A stretch of DNA of 47,245 nucleotides from positions 1 through 47,245 of the IMG/VR virus record IMGVR_UViG_3300031965_000051. One strand, given 5' to 3'. This stretch comes from a virus. Taxonomy: Duplodnaviria; Caudoviricetes. Shown one piece after another: positions 44,761 to 47,245 of this stretch; the stretch's first letter is position 1, and each line of letters starts with the position of its first letter. Both the position numbers and the translations under genes were made by a program. The notes under the pieces were generated by a model. It did no database searches. It worked only from the letters and a program-made list of their open reading frames with translations, and was not told where the DNA came from.

Positions 44761-45666
44761 ATGGCCCGCTATTCGATTTATCCGAGCATCTTCAACACCG
44801 GCGGCACGCCGCTGACCTTGAACAACGTCAGCTCGGTCCGGCCCTCGACCGGCGTCAGCCAGTTGATCGCCCGCGCCGGCGGCGCCGTCACCCGCGCGGC
44901 GGTGGGCACCGCGTTCGCCGACCCGCGAGTCAGCTTCACGACGCGGGACCTGGCGACGATCCTGGGCGCGGTCTCGCTCACGAGCGGCCTGGCGATCACG
45001 TCGGCGAGCCTGCTCCAATACCAGCTCCGCGCCGACGGCGGCACGTTTGCCGGCGGCTCCAACCACGTCGCGCTACGGAGCCACAAGGGATTTCTCTATC
45101 CGACCTCGATCCGCGCGACGCAGGACCAGACCGACGGCGTGCCCGTCGACCTCGACTATATGGTTCTCGACGACGGCACGAACGCCGTGCTCGAGATCCT
45201 CAGCGCCCAGGCCCTTTCGGGATCTCCGGCGGTGACGGACATTTTCTACCTCGGCCCCGTCGTCGTGGAGGGAGTGCAGTTGACGGGCGTGCGCGAGACC
45301 TCGGTGACCCCGGGCATCGGCTACGAGACGATTCGGACCGACGGCTCGCCCTATCCGACGGAAGGATCGATCACGTCGGTCAATCAGGAGATGCGGGTCA
45401 CAAGCGTCAACCTCGCCGGCCTCGCCGCGCGGGGACTCTTTGGTGAAGCGATCTCGACCGGTGTGACGTTCTATTTCCAGCGCGGCCTGCACGGCGGCGA
45501 TCGCCGCGCCTTCGGCGACGCCGTGCACCTGTCGATCACCGCCGCCACCGGCTACTACGATTTTCAAGAAATCCCCGTTGAACAAGGTGGCGACGCGCTG
45601 CCGACCTTGAACATCCTGCCCACGGGCAGCCTGGCAATCAACACGGCGACCACGATTCCGCTGTAA
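44761..45666 (+). CDS. Putative major tail (tube) protein
   Basis: 301 aa, Thr/Gly/Ser-rich, two related halves; AGGAG SD; upstream of chaperone and tape measure. Confidence 0.6.
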   Translation: MARYSIYPSIFNTGGTPLTLNNVSSVRPSTGVSQLIARAGGAVTRAAVGTAFADPRVSFTTRDLATILGAVSLTSGLAITSASLLQYQLRADGGTFAGGSNHVALRSHKGFLYPTSIRATQDQTDGVPVDLDYMVLDDGTNAVLEILSAQALSGSPAVTDIFYLGPVVVEGVQLTGVRETSVTPGIGYETIRTDGSPYPTEGSITSVNQEMRVTSVNLAGLAARGLFGEAISTGVTFYFQRGLHGGDRRAFGDAVHLSITAATGYYDFQEIPVEQGGDALPTLNILPTGSLAINTATTIPL

Positions 45667-45697
45667 GAAGCGGTCGGCTTTCCGCCAAGGAGCGATC

Positions 45698-46096
45698 ATG
45701 GCCTTCACGCATACGCACGTTCAAAACTTCCAGCGCGGCAGCGAGGGCGGGCTGATTTCGAAGTCGGTCACCGTCACCGCCGACGCCGAGTCGAACCTCG
45801 ACGTGGCCGTCCCCGATTCGAGCACCGACCTTGAGGTCGCCTACGAGCTCGACGTGAGCGTGCTCAAGAGCTTCTACCTCGTCAGCGACCAGGACGTCAC
45901 GATCGAGACGAACGACGGCACGACCCCCAGCGACGTTTTCACCCTCGTCGCCGGCGAGCCGCTGGTCTGGTGGACGGGCAGCCCGCTGCCGAACCCGTTC
46001 GCCAGCGAGGCCGACGTCGCGGCGTTGTTCGTCACCAACGCCAGCGGTGCGACGGCAAACCTTCAGCTTCGCAGCCTGCAAGATCCAACGCCGTAA
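45698..46096 (+). CDS. Small tail-associated protein
   Basis: AAGGAG SD; acidic, beta-rich. Confidence 0.6.
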   Translation: MAFTHTHVQNFQRGSEGGLISKSVTVTADAESNLDVAVPDSSTDLEVAYELDVSVLKSFYLVSDQDVTIETNDGTTPSDVFTLVAGEPLVWWTGSPLPNPFASEADVAALFVTNASGATANLQLRSLQDPTP

Positions 46097-46161
46097 CCGT
46101 AGAGTGCGTGCTCGCACGCACAGAAGCAGTCAGCGATCAGCTTTCCGCGAAGGAGCGACTC

Positions 46162-46914
46162 ATGGCCGGCTACCTGATCTACGTCCCGGAAGTGAAGATC
46201 ATCGACGCTGGCGTGCTTCGGCGCATCGGCCTCGACGACCTGGCCCACGACTGCATGCCCAGCAGTTGCGAGACGCGGACCGAAGGGCCCGACGGCGGCC
46301 GTGGCGCCATTGCCTTCTGGCACCACGAGCACGACGCCCGCGCGAATCCGCTGCCGGTCTACGATCCGCCGTCCCAGCACTGGCGGGCCGCGAAACCCGA
46401 CGCCGAGCGGATGCTGCCGGACAAGCGTTTCTGGCTCGGGATGGAGGCCAAGCGGCCGCCCTATCCGACCGACCTGGCCCGCTCGCGCATGATGCGGGGG
46501 CGCGAGGTGATCCTGGGGGACGGCAACCCGTGGCTGGTGCCGATCTACCGCGCGCTGCCGTCGCGAGTGTTGATCAGCGACGATGGCTTTTTGGAAAACC
46601 CCATCGACCCGCGTTTCGCGAGCTACGAGCAGGACGCCGAGCAGATCTACCGCTGGCTGGTGCCGAAGGAAGGCGAGCCCGGCTTCCCGCGCATCGCCGG
46701 CTGGGAGATCGCGGTCCGTTTCCTGGCGATGAACTATCGAGTGAACCAGGCGGTCGTCGATTGGCTCGGCCTGTTCGACGACAGCAGCCTGAAGGACACT
46801 CTGGGCGCGGTGATCGAGTTCGACGCGATCCTGGACATGATCCGCGAGCAGCTCGAATCGACGGCGGAAAAAAAAACGGCGGAACCGGAGCCACAAGAAA
46901 CCCTCGCCTCCTGA
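46162..46914 (+). CDS. Tail assembly chaperone (G); -1 frameshift product extends to 47030
   Basis: A9 run at 46868-46876 (GAA AAA AAA ACG) near the 3' end; the -1 frame is open to 47030; precedes the tape measure. Confidence 0.75.
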   Translation: MAGYLIYVPEVKIIDAGVLRRIGLDDLAHDCMPSSCETRTEGPDGGRGAIAFWHHEHDARANPLPVYDPPSQHWRAAKPDAERMLPDKRFWLGMEAKRPPYPTDLARSRMMRGREVILGDGNPWLVPIYRALPSRVLISDDGFLENPIDPRFASYEQDAEQIYRWLVPKEGEPGFPRIAGWEIAVRFLAMNYRVNQAVVDWLGLFDDSSLKDTLGAVIEFDAILDMIREQLESTAEKKTAEPEPQETLAS

Positions 46915-47095
46915 AGCACCTGGCGTGGCGGGCCGGCTTGGATCGCGACTTCCGGCCGGGCTGGCTCGATTACTTCCTGCTGGAGCCGTTCTCGTTCGAC
47001 GATCTGGTGCGCCTGTCAAAACCGTTTTGAAAAAGGCGGTCAGCCTTAACCGTAGGGTGCGTGCTAGCACGCACGCTACACGCTGAGAGCTACGC

Positions 47096-47245
47096 ATGGC
47101 CAACGATGTCGTCATTCGCCTGGCGGGGCAAGAGGCCGACCTGATTCGTGCGTTCCAGCGCACCGAGTCGGAGATGGACAAAATTCTCAAGCGCCTCGGC
47201 GGCCTGGAGGGTCAGAGCAAGCGGAGCGGGAAAGAGGTCAAGGGA
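47096..47245 (+). CDS. 5' start of the tape measure gene (continues at position 128)
   Basis: ATG 47096 is in frame with the 56..1546 ORF via the terminal overlap. Confidence 0.8.
   Translation, partial: MANDVVIRLAGQEADLIRAFQRTESEMDKILKRLGGLEGQSKRSGKEVKG
47119..47245. repeat. Terminal direct repeat, copy 2
   Basis: Identical to 1-127. Confidence 0.95.

Overview
This window looks like a complete, circularly assembled temperate tailed phage genome of about 47,118 bp; bases 1-127 are repeated exactly at 47119-47245. The host is probably a Planctomycetota-like high-GC bacterium (inference). Modules: (1) tail tip genes, 1-6620; (2) leftward accessory/regulatory genes, 6.8-9.8 kb; (3) an attP containing the 3' half of tRNA-Asp(GTC), 10148-10189, then a tyrosine integrase; (4) an early/replication operon, 13.0-22.8 kb, with an HTH initiator carrying 22-bp iterons, a HerA/DUF87-like ATPase, CsrA and many small Zn-finger genes; (5) holin- and spanin-like lysis genes; (6) lambda-type terminase, portal and ClpP protease with a Mu gpT-like capsid; (7) many accessory virion proteins, a tail tube candidate, a -1 frameshifting tail chaperone and the tape measure. 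The main find is at 14971-16147. Six stem-loop units of the form GCGA-[9 nt]-TGAAxxCGA-[9 nt]-TGC lie directly upstream of a nuclease-less Nop/IS110-C-terminal-domain protein, and a seventh unit is hidden in that gene's 3' end. This is a TIGR-Tas (TasA-like) RNA-guided system. The last bases of the two spacers are complementary in all 7 units, suggesting 17-bp targets, and two predicted targets match this phage at 15/17. A second candidate system is a c4/CI-like antisense sRNA (10293-10397) complementary to the structured leader of the integrase/early operon. All family calls are by eye, without database searches.
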